The notes under the pieces were generated by a model. That model made no database searches, was not told the DNA's origin, and saw only the letters and a list, made by a program, of their open reading frames with translations. Below, piece after piece: positions 62,991 to 64,000 of a stretch of 64,000 bases of DNA (positions are counted from its first letter, which is position 1; every line of letters starts with the position of its first letter). Made by a program: the position numbers and the translations under genes. The stretch comes from Callorhinchus milii. Its lineage: Eukaryota. The stretch spans positions 131,194,001 to 131,258,000 of the forward strand of contig NW_024704742.1 of the NCBI RefSeq assembly GCF_018977255.1, given 5' to 3'.

Positions 62991-64000
62991 AACAGGAAGG
63001 CGGAAGGGTGGGTACTCTGGAAACATGGGATTAAATGGGCCAAAGCCTTGTGATCCTGTGAACTCCCTTGGAAGAAATTACAGCTTAGAGAATTGAAATT
63101 CCACCTAGTCTCAGCCTGTAAAACAGTATTATCTCTAAGTATACGATTACATAGAATTTTGGAAAACTCTTAAATTCAGTTTTCATTTGGGAGCCAACAT
63201 CTTTTTTAAAACCATAACCTCCAAATAAAGGCTGAATTTAAAAACCCTAAGCAGTGTTGTGCCATCTTAAGCTTTAAGCCAAAATGGTCTCACAGGCTAA
63301 AGCTGTGAAGCCCTTTTAGGCATCCTCCCAACCTGAAAGTCGCTATATGAAATGGAAAGATTATTATTTATTACAACTGCTGTGCGCATTTGGCTGCCGC
63401 GTTTCTCCCACAAAATACACAGTCAATCCACTCTACAGTATATTCTGTCAAGTGCTTTAAGATGTCTCAACGGTGTTGGTAAGGCGCTGTATCAAATGCA
63501 AGGATTATAATTAGCATTATTACTATTTATTCCATGGAATCAGCTTGCGCTCAGTAAGCCAGAGAAAAAAGGGATGTGTGTGACTTGCTGATGGGTATGT
63601 GGTGGTGGGGGGGAGGGCGAAAGGGAGAATGGAGAGAGGGTGAGGAGGGAATGATCTCTCTGTCAACTCACCGATGTACAAGTCTCAGACATGAGTTAGA
63701 ATAAAGGAACAAGCCATTTCACCATGGACTGGTCTTCAAAATAAGGCTCTTATCTGGTCCCAAAAAACATGCTAAAAGCCTATTTAGTGTACACTATATT
63801 ATGTCAAATTTGCATAATCATTGCGCACCATAATTTTAATAATGATTTCTAATGGGTTTTAGCAGCTTTGTGTAACTCGGTTTCCTGATATGATAAGACC
63901 ATTGACTTGCTGACTGGCGTCAGAAGCTTTTTAGTGGAACAGTTCTGCAGGCAATGTTTTTTTCCGGCTCTTCAAGACACGTCTAGGAGCTTTGCACGTG

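Overview
Eukaryotic vertebrate genomic DNA. The repeat complement (DeuSINE-type SINEs, abundant L2 and CR1 LINE 3' ends) points to a cartilaginous fish, possibly a chimaera; this is inferred, not verified. The window appears to be almost entirely intronic sequence of a minus-strand neuronal CELF-family RNA-binding-protein gene (CELF3-6 subfamily, CELF4 the best guess). The only coding exon I can support is 49 nt (22675-22723, MNRPIQVKPADSESRG). The rest is a dense patchwork of retroposons: two tRNA-headed SINE families sharing a Deu-like core and an L2-type tail, L2 and CR1 fragments, an unidentified A-tailed retroposon, a probable non-autonomous DNA element and simple repeats. Nearly all ORFs in the track are spurious or repeat-derived. 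I see no prokaryotic-type system, CRISPR array or clearly new gene system. The best leads are: an RBFOX motif abutting the branch point of the frame-shifting exon; a perfect 24-bp hairpin; candidate REST/RE1 and RFX sites; and inverted repeat pairs that could form dsRNA in the pre-mRNA. Repeat boundaries were read by eye and are approximate (about +/-20 nt).
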